From the NCBI GenBank assembly GCA_038887515.1, contig JAWAKK010000001.1, positions 67,518-131,517 of the forward strand: a stretch of DNA of 64,000 nt. Reading direction: 5' to 3'. This stretch comes from Candidatus Nezhaarchaeales archaeon (GTDB lineage Archaea > Thermoproteota > Methanomethylicia > Nezhaarchaeales > WYZ-LMO8). The position numbers were made by a program, and so were the translations under genes. Position 1 is the stretch's first letter, and every line of letters starts with the position of its first letter. The notes beneath the pieces are model-generated. The model was not told the origin of the DNA. It ran no database searches and saw only the letters and a program-made list of their open reading frames with translations. This document shows positions 49,199 through 58,393 of the stretch, one piece after another.

Positions 49199-49583
49199 TG
49201 CAATTACACCTCCAACTAGACAACTTCACTTTTAAGATCCAAGTAACTCTTTAAGCTTTACGTGACTTAACAGTAAAGAATGATTAGAATAATTGAAAAT
49301 TAATTTAGAACACTAAGAAGCCACCTTTATCATAGGGGTCCTTCCAGTTAAGAGATTGTAAGGTTGGGAGATGTTATATTTAAATTCGAAGTTACACTTC
49401 TAACAGATTCAGGTTAAGCGACGTTCCCGTCTAAATCTTGCCGAAGTCATGTAATCAAGGCAACTTTATGGCTTAAACCAAGGAGCATTGCCTGTCCCTA
49501 AATCGCTCTCGCCTTACGTTTATGGTTCCCCCGACAGTCTTATATACCTCTAACGTAAAAAGAATTGAGGGTTTTTACTAAAT

Positions 49584-50711
49584 ATGGTAGATGAGCTTAA
49601 CGCGGCTCTAGTGCTAGAAGACGGCTCTATTTTCCTTGGAAGAGGGTTTGGCTTCCCAAAGAAAGTGATCGGAGAAGTTGTGTTCACTACAGGTATGGTG
49701 GGCTATCCAGAATCGATAACTGATCCATCGTATCGAGGCCAGATATTATGTTTTACTTATCCTCTAATTGGGAATTATGGAGTTCCAAACCCCAATATTA
49801 GAGATACTTGGGGACTACCATTACATTTTGAATCTGATAAACCTCAAGTACTAGGAATAATAATCCATGAACTATGCAATAGCCCTAGCCATTGGGCAAG
49901 CGTTAAGAGCCTTCACCAATGGTTGTACGAAGAAGGAATACCCGGAATGTATGGTATAGACACTAGAAAGTTAACTAAGAAGCTGAGAGTTAAGGGAGTG
50001 ATGATGGGGGCCCTCGAAGTAAGTGAAGGCGAAGTAAACGTCGACAAGCTCTTTTCACTACTTGAAAGGGCACAAAGATATGAACGGCTAGACTTAGTGG
50101 GCGAAGTCACAATAAAAGAGCCTATAGTTTATGATAATAGAGGGCCAACAGTTGTAGTAATAGATTGCGGCGTAAAATATGGAATAATAAGGAACCTGTT
50201 GAGGAGAGGTTTGACGGTCGTAAGGTCACCTAGAGACTCTAGTGCCGATGACGTCTTAAAGTTCGAGCCTAAAGGAATTCTAGTAAGCAATGGTCCTGGG
50301 AACCCCGAAATTAATGTTAAAACTATCAACACAATAAGAGACCTCATAGAAGTAGGAATCCCCATGCTAGGGATATGCCTTGGAAACCAGATGATAGCTC
50401 TAGCCCTAGGAGCATCGACATTTAAAATGAAGTTTGGCCATAGAGGACAGAATAAGCCGTCCATAGACATGGAATCTGGAATATGTTATGTAACTAGCCA
50501 AAACCATGGATTCGCCGTCCGCGAAGACACATTAAAAGAATCGGGCTTATCACTATGGTTCCTCAACGCTGATGACATGACCGTAGAGGGATTAAAGCAT
50601 AGGAAAAAACCAGTAATTGCAGTTCAATTTCATCCAGAAGCGTCGCCCGGTCCCTATGATACCGAGTTCGTCTTTGACATGTTTGTTAACATCATGGGAG
50701 TTGAAAGCTGA
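49584..50711 (+). CDS. carA: Carbamoyl-phosphate synthase small subunit (glutamine amidotransferase).
   Basis: Has the GICLGNQ catalytic cysteine and a His-Glu C-terminal region. Confidence 0.9.
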   Translation: MVDELNAALVLEDGSIFLGRGFGFPKKVIGEVVFTTGMVGYPESITDPSYRGQILCFTYPLIGNYGVPNPNIRDTWGLPLHFESDKPQVLGIIIHELCNSPSHWASVKSLHQWLYEEGIPGMYGIDTRKLTKKLRVKGVMMGALEVSEGEVNVDKLFSLLERAQRYERLDLVGEVTIKEPIVYDNRGPTVVVIDCGVKYGIIRNLLRRGLTVVRSPRDSSADDVLKFEPKGILVSNGPGNPEINVKTINTIRDLIEVGIPMLGICLGNQMIALALGASTFKMKFGHRGQNKPSIDMESGICYVTSQNHGFAVREDTLKESGLSLWFLNADDMTVEGLKHRKKPVIAVQFHPEASPGPYDTEFVFDMFVNIMGVES

Positions 50712-53700
50712 TGAGCAAAGAGACCGTTAAGAAGGTCTTAATACTAGGTTCAGGGGCAATAAAGATAGGTGAAGCAGGGGAATTCGATTATAGCGGCTCT
50801 CAAGCTCTCAAAGCCGTTAGAGAGGAGGGCATTGAAACCGTCCTCGTGAATCCAAACATAGCCACGATACAAACAGACCCTAAGTTGGCTGGGAAGGTGT
50901 ACTTAATCCCCGTCTTGCCGGATTTTGTGGCTGAAGTAATAGAAAAGGAGAGGCCTGACGGCATAATGTTGGGCTTTGGAGGCCAAACAGCTCTAAACTG
51001 TGGAGTTCAGCTGTACAATATGGGTGTATTGCAGAAATATGGAGTTAAAGTTTTGGGGACGTCTGTTGAAAGCATAAAGAAGTGTTCTGATAGACTCTTA
51101 TTCAAAGAGACCATCGAGTCAGCCGGATTGCCGATGCCTTGTAGCAAGGCGGCTTATAGCATTGAGGAGGCCGTAGAGGTCGCAAAGGACATAGGCTACC
51201 CGGTGATGGTAAGGGTTGCTTATACTTTAGGTGGCAAAGCTTCCGGAATTGCGAGAAATGAGAAAGAGCTTGTGGAGATAGTTAGAAGAGGTATCGCTCA
51301 CAGCTTAATAGGGCAAGTGTTGATTGAAGAGTGCATAGCTACGTGGAAGCAGATAGAGTACGAAGTTATGAGAGACAAGTACGGAGACAGCGTGACCGTA
51401 TGTAACATGGAAAACATACTTGGCATGAAGGTTCACACAGGAGACAATATAGTGGTAGCGCCGTCTCAGACGATAACTAATAGGGAGTATCACATTTTGA
51501 GGATCGCCTCTATAAAGGCCGCTGAAACACTCCAGATAATAGGGGAATGTAATGTTCAATTGGCCTTAGACCCCACATCGGAAAAATTCTACATTATAGA
51601 GATGAACCCCCGACTATCTAGGAGTTCGGCGTTGGCATCTAAAGCTACTGGTTATCCTCTTGCCTACATGGCAGCGAAACTTGCCCTAGGCTATAGGCTT
51701 CATGAACTTATAAACAAAGTGACTGGAAAAACTACGGCTTGCTTCGAGCCAGCTTTAGATTACGTAGTTCTGAAGTTCCCGAGATGGGACTTCCAGAAGT
51801 TCGAAGGGGTCGATAGAAGACTTGGAACACAGATGAAGTCTGTTGGAGAAGTAATGGCGATAGGACGTTGTTTTGAAGAAGCTCTTCAAAAGGCTATTAG
51901 GATGCTTGATATAGGGAAGCCAGGCCTGGTTGCAAGTAGCATAAGTGATCGAAACCTTCTAAGACAAAAACTTATCGAAATGACGGACGAAATATTATTT
52001 GACGTGGCCGCAGCCCTTAAAGCAGGCATGACGGTAGAGGAAATACATGAATTATCTTCTATAGATCCATGGTTCATAGAGAAGATAAAGAACATAGTCG
52101 ATATGGAGGAGAAGTTAAGATCGCTCAGAGGTAAGCAGCTTGATGAACTCATCGACATCATAAGAGAGGCTAAGAGACTAGGCTTCTCGGACAAACAGAT
52201 AGCCATGTGCCTTGGTTTAACGGAAGACGATGTCAGGAACTTCAGGTACAAGAAGGGTTTGATCCCCGCAGTCAAGCAGATAGATACGCTTGCAGCCGAG
52301 TGGCCTGCTCAAACAAACTATCTGTACGTGACTTATGGAGGAGAAGAAGACGACGTAGAATTTAAGAAAGACGTGAAAAAAGTCATAGTGTTAGGCGCGG
52401 GCACATATCGGATTGGTAGTTCTGTCGAATTCGATTGGTGTACCATGAACATGGTGTGGGCCCTTAAGGAAAGGGGATTAGACGAGGTTATAGTAATAAA
52501 TTGCAATCCTGAAACGGTGTCCACCGATTACGACATGAGTGATAAGCTATACTTTGAAGAACTGACCCTCGAAAGAGTGCTCGACATATGCTATAAGGAG
52601 AACCCGTGGGGAGTAATCACGTGCGTTGGAGGACAAATACCGAACAACTTAGCTCCAAAACTCGAGAAACTCGGCATTAGAATACTCGGCACAGCTGGAG
52701 AGGATGTAGATAGAGCTGAGGATAGAGCTAAATTTAGTAAACTCTTAGACGAGCTTGGAATATCACAACCTCCATGGGCTAAGTTCGCCTCAATAGAAGA
52801 GGCCGAAGATTTTGCGCGGCGGGTTGGTTATCCCGTACTCGTTAGACCCTCTTATGTTCTAAGTGGCGCAGCTATGAGAGTTGCATGGACCCCTGAGCAG
52901 CTTAGGGAATTTCTAAGGAAAGCGACGAGCGTAAGCCAAGAACATCCAGTTGTGATAAGCAAGTTCATAGAAGACGCCATAGAGGTGGAGGTTGACGCCG
53001 TATCGGATGGTGAGACGACGGTCATAGGGGCAGTTATAGAGCACGTCGAGCGTGCAGGAGTTCATTCTGGAGATGCGACGATGGTGATACCACCTCAAAG
53101 GTTAAGTTCTAATATAATAAAGACAATAAAGGACTATACGAAACGAATAGCGAAGGCCCTTAAGATTAAGGGACCCTTCAACATACAGTTCCTCGTTAAG
53201 GAAGGAAACGTCTACGTCATAGAGTGTAACTTGAGAGCTTCAAGGTCTATGCCCTTCACCTCAAAGGTTAAAGCTGTTAACTTAATGAAACTCGCCTCTT
53301 ACGCTCTGGTTGGTGAGAAGATACCTTGGAAGGGGGACGAGGAACCTCCACCTTTAGCGGTAGGAGTAAAGGTACCACAATTCTCTTTCATGCAACTTGA
53401 AGGGGCGGACCCGGTATTAGGGGTTGAAATGCAATCAACTGGTGAAGTTGCATGCTTAGGCGAAACGTTTACAGAAGCTTTCTACAAAGCTCTTCTCGCT
53501 GCTGGTTTTAAGATACCCGTTAGCGGAGGGAACATCCTAATAACCGTCGGTGGCGTAGAACTTAAGAAGAAAATACTCCCATTAGTCAAGTATTTTAGAG
53601 CTCTTGGCTTTAACATCCTCGCCACTGAACACACGGCTGACTTCTTAAGAGAGGAGGGCTTCAATGACGTGAAGGTATTGTACAAGGTTAGAGAAGTTAG

Positions 53701-53971
53701 CAGAAAACCGAATATAATGGACGCCATACTTAAGAGGGAAATAGACTTAGTCATAAATATACCATCATCGATAACTCTTGATAAGTACGCCGAGATGTTA
53801 AGGGACGAATACATCATAAGGAGAAAATCAGTTGAGCTAGGTATACCAGTTGTGACAACGTTAGAAATGGCATACGCGCTCTTGAAGGTAGTTACATGGC
53901 GTATGCTCGGTAAGCCAACGGTCTACTCGCTTAACGAGTACATGGATAGAGCAGTAATTAAGGTGTGGTAA
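50711..53971 (+). CDS. carB: Carbamoyl-phosphate synthase large subunit.
   Basis: 1086-aa product with duplicated ATP-grasp modules and an MGS-like C-terminal domain. Its start overlaps the carA stop (ATGA). Confidence 0.9.
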   Translation: MSKETVKKVLILGSGAIKIGEAGEFDYSGSQALKAVREEGIETVLVNPNIATIQTDPKLAGKVYLIPVLPDFVAEVIEKERPDGIMLGFGGQTALNCGVQLYNMGVLQKYGVKVLGTSVESIKKCSDRLLFKETIESAGLPMPCSKAAYSIEEAVEVAKDIGYPVMVRVAYTLGGKASGIARNEKELVEIVRRGIAHSLIGQVLIEECIATWKQIEYEVMRDKYGDSVTVCNMENILGMKVHTGDNIVVAPSQTITNREYHILRIASIKAAETLQIIGECNVQLALDPTSEKFYIIEMNPRLSRSSALASKATGYPLAYMAAKLALGYRLHELINKVTGKTTACFEPALDYVVLKFPRWDFQKFEGVDRRLGTQMKSVGEVMAIGRCFEEALQKAIRMLDIGKPGLVASSISDRNLLRQKLIEMTDEILFDVAAALKAGMTVEEIHELSSIDPWFIEKIKNIVDMEEKLRSLRGKQLDELIDIIREAKRLGFSDKQIAMCLGLTEDDVRNFRYKKGLIPAVKQIDTLAAEWPAQTNYLYVTYGGEEDDVEFKKDVKKVIVLGAGTYRIGSSVEFDWCTMNMVWALKERGLDEVIVINCNPETVSTDYDMSDKLYFEELTLERVLDICYKENPWGVITCVGGQIPNNLAPKLEKLGIRILGTAGEDVDRAEDRAKFSKLLDELGISQPPWAKFASIEEAEDFARRVGYPVLVRPSYVLSGAAMRVAWTPEQLREFLRKATSVSQEHPVVISKFIEDAIEVEVDAVSDGETTVIGAVIEHVERAGVHSGDATMVIPPQRLSSNIIKTIKDYTKRIAKALKIKGPFNIQFLVKEGNVYVIECNLRASRSMPFTSKVKAVNLMKLASYALVGEKIPWKGDEEPPPLAVGVKVPQFSFMQLEGADPVLGVEMQSTGEVACLGETFTEAFYKALLAAGFKIPVSGGNILITVGGVELKKKILPLVKYFRALGFNILATEHTADFLREEGFNDVKVLYKVREVSRKPNIMDAILKREIDLVINIPSSITLDKYAEMLRDEYIIRRKSVELGIPVVTTLEMAYALLKVVTWRMLGKPTVYSLNEYMDRAVIKVW

Positions 53972-54041
53972 ACAGTTCCTCAGAATTTTTAAATTACCCT
54001 AAAATTCTTATCAGTTAAGCTGAGCCTAGGAGAAGGATCCC

Positions 54042-55349
54042 ATGAAATTCCACCTTCAATGCATAGAGTGTGGGGCTGAATATTCTCCGTCACAAATCGT
54101 CTATTCTTGTCTAAAGTGCGGCGACTTATTAGATGTAGTTTACGACTATTCTGAGCTTACGGGCGTGAATCTTAGAGAGCTTTGGTCGGAAAGAGCCTTT
54201 GGCGTTTGGCGCTATCGCGAGCTTCTTCCAGTATTATCGAATAATCCTGTCACACTTAAGGAAGGTGGTACAAGGCTTCAATTGTGCGATAGGCTTGGGG
54301 AGATGCTTAAACTTCCCAACATTTACGTTAAGAACGAAGGCGATAACCCTACGGGCTCATTTAAGGATAGAGGGATGACCGTAGGCGTTACAAGGGCAAA
54401 GGAGCTGGGGTCAAAAGTTGTCATATGCGCTTCAACTGGAAACACGTCTGCATCTCTTGCGGCATACGCAGCTAAGGCAGGACTTCACTGCATAGTTTTA
54501 GTACCTTCGGGCAAAGTCGCTTTAGGAAAACTTGCTCAAGCTATAGTCCACGGAGCTCACGTAATCCTAGTGAAGGAAAACTTTGATTATGCCCTTAGGG
54601 TCGTTAGAAAGCTCTGTTCAATATATCCACTTTACCTCCTCAATTCTATAAACCCTTACAGGCTCGAAGGACAGAGAACGCTTGCCTACGAAGTGTATGA
54701 GCAACTTGGATGCAGACCCCCTGATGTAGTTATAGTCCCTGTAGGCAACGCTGGTAACATAAGCGCCATATGGAAGGGATTTAAAGAGCTTAAGCTACTA
54801 GGCTTAACCGACAGCACCCCGAGAATGATTGGAGTTCAAGCAGAAGGAGCGGCACCATTAGCTAAGACCTTAAAAGAAAACAGTAACGAGCTGATAAGGG
54901 TTCCAAACCCGGAGACTGTTGCAACAGCTATAAGGATAGGGGCACCAGTTAACTGGAAAAAAGCTTTAAGGGCCATCAAGGAGTCAAAGGGTACCATAAT
55001 TACGGTATCCGATGACGAGATACTGCATGCTCAAAGGCTTCTGGCTTCAAGGGAAGGTATATTTGTTGAACCTGCTAGCGCAGCATCTATAGCCGGTCTG
55101 ATTAGCGTAATAAATCAAGGTTTCTTAGATAAAGGAGAGGTTGTGGTATGCGTTGCTACAGGACATGGATTGAAGGACTCCGAGGTAGTCTTTAAGAGCA
55201 ACGTTAAGCCTGTAGAACTTCAAAGTGCTGACGAAATAGATAACTTCGTCAAATCGCTCCTGAATAATCATTATCTCTCAAACACCTCTACGCCTACAAT
55301 TCTAGGCTTGCAGACAGCAATCAAGCATTCAACCCCCTCACACTCATAA
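54042..55349 (+). CDS. thrC: Threonine synthase.
   Basis: Has an N-terminal zinc ribbon (CIECG...CLKCG) and a PLP lysine motif (GSFKDRGMT). The last ~25 codons overlap the 3' end of thrB on the opposite strand. The true stop may lie earlier. Confidence 0.8.
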   Translation: MKFHLQCIECGAEYSPSQIVYSCLKCGDLLDVVYDYSELTGVNLRELWSERAFGVWRYRELLPVLSNNPVTLKEGGTRLQLCDRLGEMLKLPNIYVKNEGDNPTGSFKDRGMTVGVTRAKELGSKVVICASTGNTSASLAAYAAKAGLHCIVLVPSGKVALGKLAQAIVHGAHVILVKENFDYALRVVRKLCSIYPLYLLNSINPYRLEGQRTLAYEVYEQLGCRPPDVVIVPVGNAGNISAIWKGFKELKLLGLTDSTPRMIGVQAEGAAPLAKTLKENSNELIRVPNPETVATAIRIGAPVNWKKALRAIKESKGTIITVSDDEILHAQRLLASREGIFVEPASAASIAGLISVINQGFLDKGEVVVCVATGHGLKDSEVVFKSNVKPVELQSADEIDNFVKSLLNNHYLSNTSTPTILGLQTAIKHSTPSHS

Positions 55350-56206
55350 GCTCTTTTCATTGCTTTCGCTACGTCCCACGAATTGTTTTTTCTCGCATCA
55401 GTAACCGCTATAACTGTCGGACCAGCACCGCTAAGAGTTGCCCCTAGAGCCCCCGCTTCAATTGCTGCCTCCTTAGCCTTTAAGAACCCTGGGTACACTT
55501 TTGCTCTTGCCGCCTCAACTATTGTGTCGGAACTGACTGCCCTACCTATGAGCTCAAGATCCCCCTTAAATATCCCTATTATAAGCATAGAAAAGGAAGC
55601 CATAGATTCTACGTGTTCTCGAAGATTTATGTTCTTAGGAAGTACTGCACGCGCCCTTTCGGTAGTTTTCTTCACATTTGTGGGTATTGCTAAGGCGAAT
55701 TCTAAGTGAGGAGGCGGTAGAAGCTTTTCGACCCTTAGAGGACTATAGCTTAAGATAGCTACGAATCCTCCAAGTATTGAAGGTGCTACATTGTCCGCGT
55801 GAGCTACACCCGATGATGCGACCTCGCCTAGGGCAGCGACCTCTATAAGATCAAGCGAGCTTAGCCTTAGGTCCAAGGCTTTAGCTAATGCGGCCGCCGT
55901 GGCAGCTGCAGTTGCTGCACTACTTCCTAATCCAACTCCTTGAGGTATACCCTTCCTAATTTTGATGATCGGGCGTCCTTCTATGCCTTTCCTCCTCAAT
56001 AGTTCTTTTGCGACTAAACCGGCGCTATTCCTCTCAGGGTCTACGGGAATTTGAGAAGCCTCCACTCCCTCAACCTCTATTTCTATGCCACTCCCTTTTC
56101 TAACCTCGACTTCAACTTCATCGTAGGCTAGGTCAAGCGCTACTCCGATAACGTCAAATCCTGGCCCTAAATTTGCTGAAGTAGCAGGAGCCCTTGCAAC
56201 AATCAT
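55271..56206 (-). CDS. thrB: Homoserine kinase (GHMP kinase).
   Basis: Has the APATSANLGPGFDV motif and the GHMP motif GLGSSAA. Confidence 0.8.
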   Translation of the reverse strand: MIVARAPATSANLGPGFDVIGVALDLAYDEVEVEVRKGSGIEIEVEGVEASQIPVDPERNSAGLVAKELLRRKGIEGRPIIKIRKGIPQGVGLGSSAATAAATAAALAKALDLRLSSLDLIEVAALGEVASSGVAHADNVAPSILGGFVAILSYSPLRVEKLLPPPHLEFALAIPTNVKKTTERARAVLPKNINLREHVESMASFSMLIIGIFKGDLELIGRAVSSDTIVEAARAKVYPGFLKAKEAAIEAGALGATLSGAGPTVIAVTDARKNNSWDVAKAMKRAYECEGVECLIAVCKPRIVGVEVFER

Positions 56207-56959
56207 TTACTCGACACCCCTCAAGACCCTCTCCACAATTCTCTTAGGGACGCCAAAGACTTCCTTAGCGATCAAAGAGATAAGTTCATCGGATGGAGCC
56301 ATGCGTTCTGCCTTGGTTCTTAAGCACATAGACAATTTTAAAGCTTCTTTCTCGTTCCTACTCTTAACCTTTCTCAACGCTATCTTCTCAGCTATCCTTA
56401 ACGCTATGTAAAACTTTATGAACGAGCGAAAACCCCTTTCATATTCTTTAAACTCTTCAGCTAAAGCTTTGTGAATTTTTAGGAGCTTCTCTTCATCTTC
56501 GAAGCCCAAAACAACAGCTGTTAACAATAGTCTCAGGACTCTAAATATAGTATTCTTACTTACATCACCAGCAACTTCTCGAATCGCATCTGATGGTTTG
56601 GAACCGTTAAGCAATTTTTGAAGAATTTTTTCGCATTTAATCTCAAGCGAAAAAATTTGACTTAAAGTCTGGTGCTCGTCAATTTCTATACCTAAGCCAT
56701 ATTTACCCACAATATAAACCATTGCTAATTCCTTATCGTATAGGTTTTTTGACGTCCATCCTCTTATGGGACCTATACCGCGTTTTCTATAAGCTTCGCT
56801 GAGTCTCTCGACTGTCTCGCTTCTGGTAACAATAGAGCCTGCGAGCATTAAGCTTAAAACATCATTACATGCATCTACGTGAAGCCTGTATGCCCTATTC
56901 ATCGGCATTTTGCTCGCACCGGCAACATCTACTAGCTTATTAAGCAAAAATACATTCAA
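56207..56959 (-). CDS. Conserved hypothetical protein.
   Basis: 250-aa product whose start is contiguous with thrB. It contains no motif I recognise. Confidence 0.35.
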   Translation of the reverse strand: MNVFLLNKLVDVAGASKMPMNRAYRLHVDACNDVLSLMLAGSIVTRSETVERLSEAYRKRGIGPIRGWTSKNLYDKELAMVYIVGKYGLGIEIDEHQTLSQIFSLEIKCEKILQKLLNGSKPSDAIREVAGDVSKNTIFRVLRLLLTAVVLGFEDEEKLLKIHKALAEEFKEYERGFRSFIKFYIALRIAEKIALRKVKSRNEKEALKLSMCLRTKAERMAPSDELISLIAKEVFGVPKRIVERVLRGVE

Positions 56960-57194
56960 AAATAAAAGGGTATAGCAATCTTAACTCGAATCAACCTTCA
57001 TTTTTATCATGTAGGTCTAACATTTAAGGAAGAATACATTATAGTTGTTCCATTTAAAACAATGCTCACGATTTTAGCGTTGCTTCCTTAACCTTAAGCC
57101 AAGACGTAAGTATCAAAAACGGGGGTTAAGAAAAGCTTAGAAGAACCCGGTACGAGTTACTAATGTGTCAAGGTAGTTAAATGGTGATAGTTCG

Positions 57195-57656
57195 TTGTCA
57201 GGGCACGTATATGTCCCATGGAAGCAGGTAAGCAGGTGGACGTGTATCAGGTGTGGTCAATGTTGTCGCGAATTTCTCGTGCCGCTACTCACCCACGAAG
57301 CCTTGAAAATGTACAAATCCTTTGGCCCCATAATAGTCCAAGTCAACGGAAAGATAGCTTTAGCTAAAAAGCCCGACGGCTCTTGCATCTTCCTAAGTTA
57401 CGAGAGCGGCGTTGCAAAATGCGAAATATACTTCGAGAGACCAGGGGTTTGTAGGATATATCCATTCTATATAAAGGTGGGCTCTTCAGGAAGCAACGAC
57501 GCGTTGTACGCTGACGAGTTGGGCTTTAAGTATGAAGTCTATGTTGATACTAGATGTCCCGGTTCTTATAGAGGACTACTTATAGAACCTATTCTCCCTA
57601 AAGTCATTGAAACATGGAAGAGATTCTATGGTTGGTGGGTTTTAAGTAGGCGCTAA
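57195..57656 (+). CDS. UPF0153 / YkgJ-family putative Fe-S or zinc-binding protein.
   Basis: Has the motif CIRCGQCC (CxxCxxCC). Confidence 0.55.
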   Translation: MSGHVYVPWKQVSRWTCIRCGQCCREFLVPLLTHEALKMYKSFGPIIVQVNGKIALAKKPDGSCIFLSYESGVAKCEIYFERPGVCRIYPFYIKVGSSGSNDALYADELGFKYEVYVDTRCPGSYRGLLIEPILPKVIETWKRFYGWWVLSRR

Positions 57657-58148
57657 ACCTTCATACATGTAGGAGCCTTTATACAAATTCTCCGGCTTTG
57701 ATTCAAGCCTTATAAATACTAATTGCATGATCCTAGCATTCCGCTCAAGGATTATACCGTAAGGATTTTCTACGAGGAGTAAACCTTCTCCTCTACCTTC
57801 GTAGCCTGGGTCCCATAGAGCACTGATTATCGTAGCACCCATCCTCATAAGGCTGGAGCGGGGAAGGCCTACTGCGACACAGTCGCTTGGGACCTTTACT
57901 ACCTCGTTGTACCTGACTTTATAGGCACCTTTTTCTAAGAAAAGTACTCCATGATCGTCAAACTCAAGTCTCTCGATTTCAGGTAATCTTCTCGAGGAAT
58001 TTGAGAAACCCAGTACTCCATACCCCTTAAACCTATAAACCTCACTTACTGTAAGATCTATCCCGGCCGGCTGAACTTGAACCACTTCGTCCAAGAGATT
58101 GTGGATGGCGCCCGACTTTAAAATGTACAGTCCTGGCAACACGGCCAC
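57642..58148 (-). CDS. Protein of the dCTP deaminase / dUTPase family.
   Basis: 168-aa product of dUTPase/Dcd size and beta-jelly-roll type. It carries the GIDLTV motif. Confidence 0.65.
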   Translation of the reverse strand: MAVLPGLYILKSGAIHNLLDEVVQVQPAGIDLTVSEVYRFKGYGVLGFSNSSRRLPEIERLEFDDHGVLFLEKGAYKVRYNEVVKVPSDCVAVGLPRSSLMRMGATIISALWDPGYEGRGEGLLLVENPYGIILERNARIMQLVFIRLESKPENLYKGSYMYEGLAPT

Positions 58149-58208
58149 AAAGTTTCACCTCTACATTATTATTACCTTAAAGTGAACTTCTAATAGTTAA
58201 GAACTAAG

Positions 58209-58246
58209 CGGCGTCTCTCCTAAAAAGAGATATAATTCAGACGCCG
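58209..58246. promoter_or_regulatory. Stem-loop (8-bp GC-rich stem CGGCGTCT/AGACGCCG) in the divergent intergenic region.
   Basis: The inverted repeat is visible directly in the sequence. An inner mini-hairpin, CTC-ctaaaaa-GAG, sits within the loop. Confidence 0.3.
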
Positions 58247-58393
58247 ACTGAATGCGAAGTAGCCTTTTTCCTAAGGAACGAGGTTGATATCGCTACTAGA
58301 TCTGCTAGATGTGCTCAGCTTATGTATGGAGGTACATGTCGTTAGCTATAAAATTACTATAGATTCTATGCTATTATAAGCAAGGGGGTTTGC

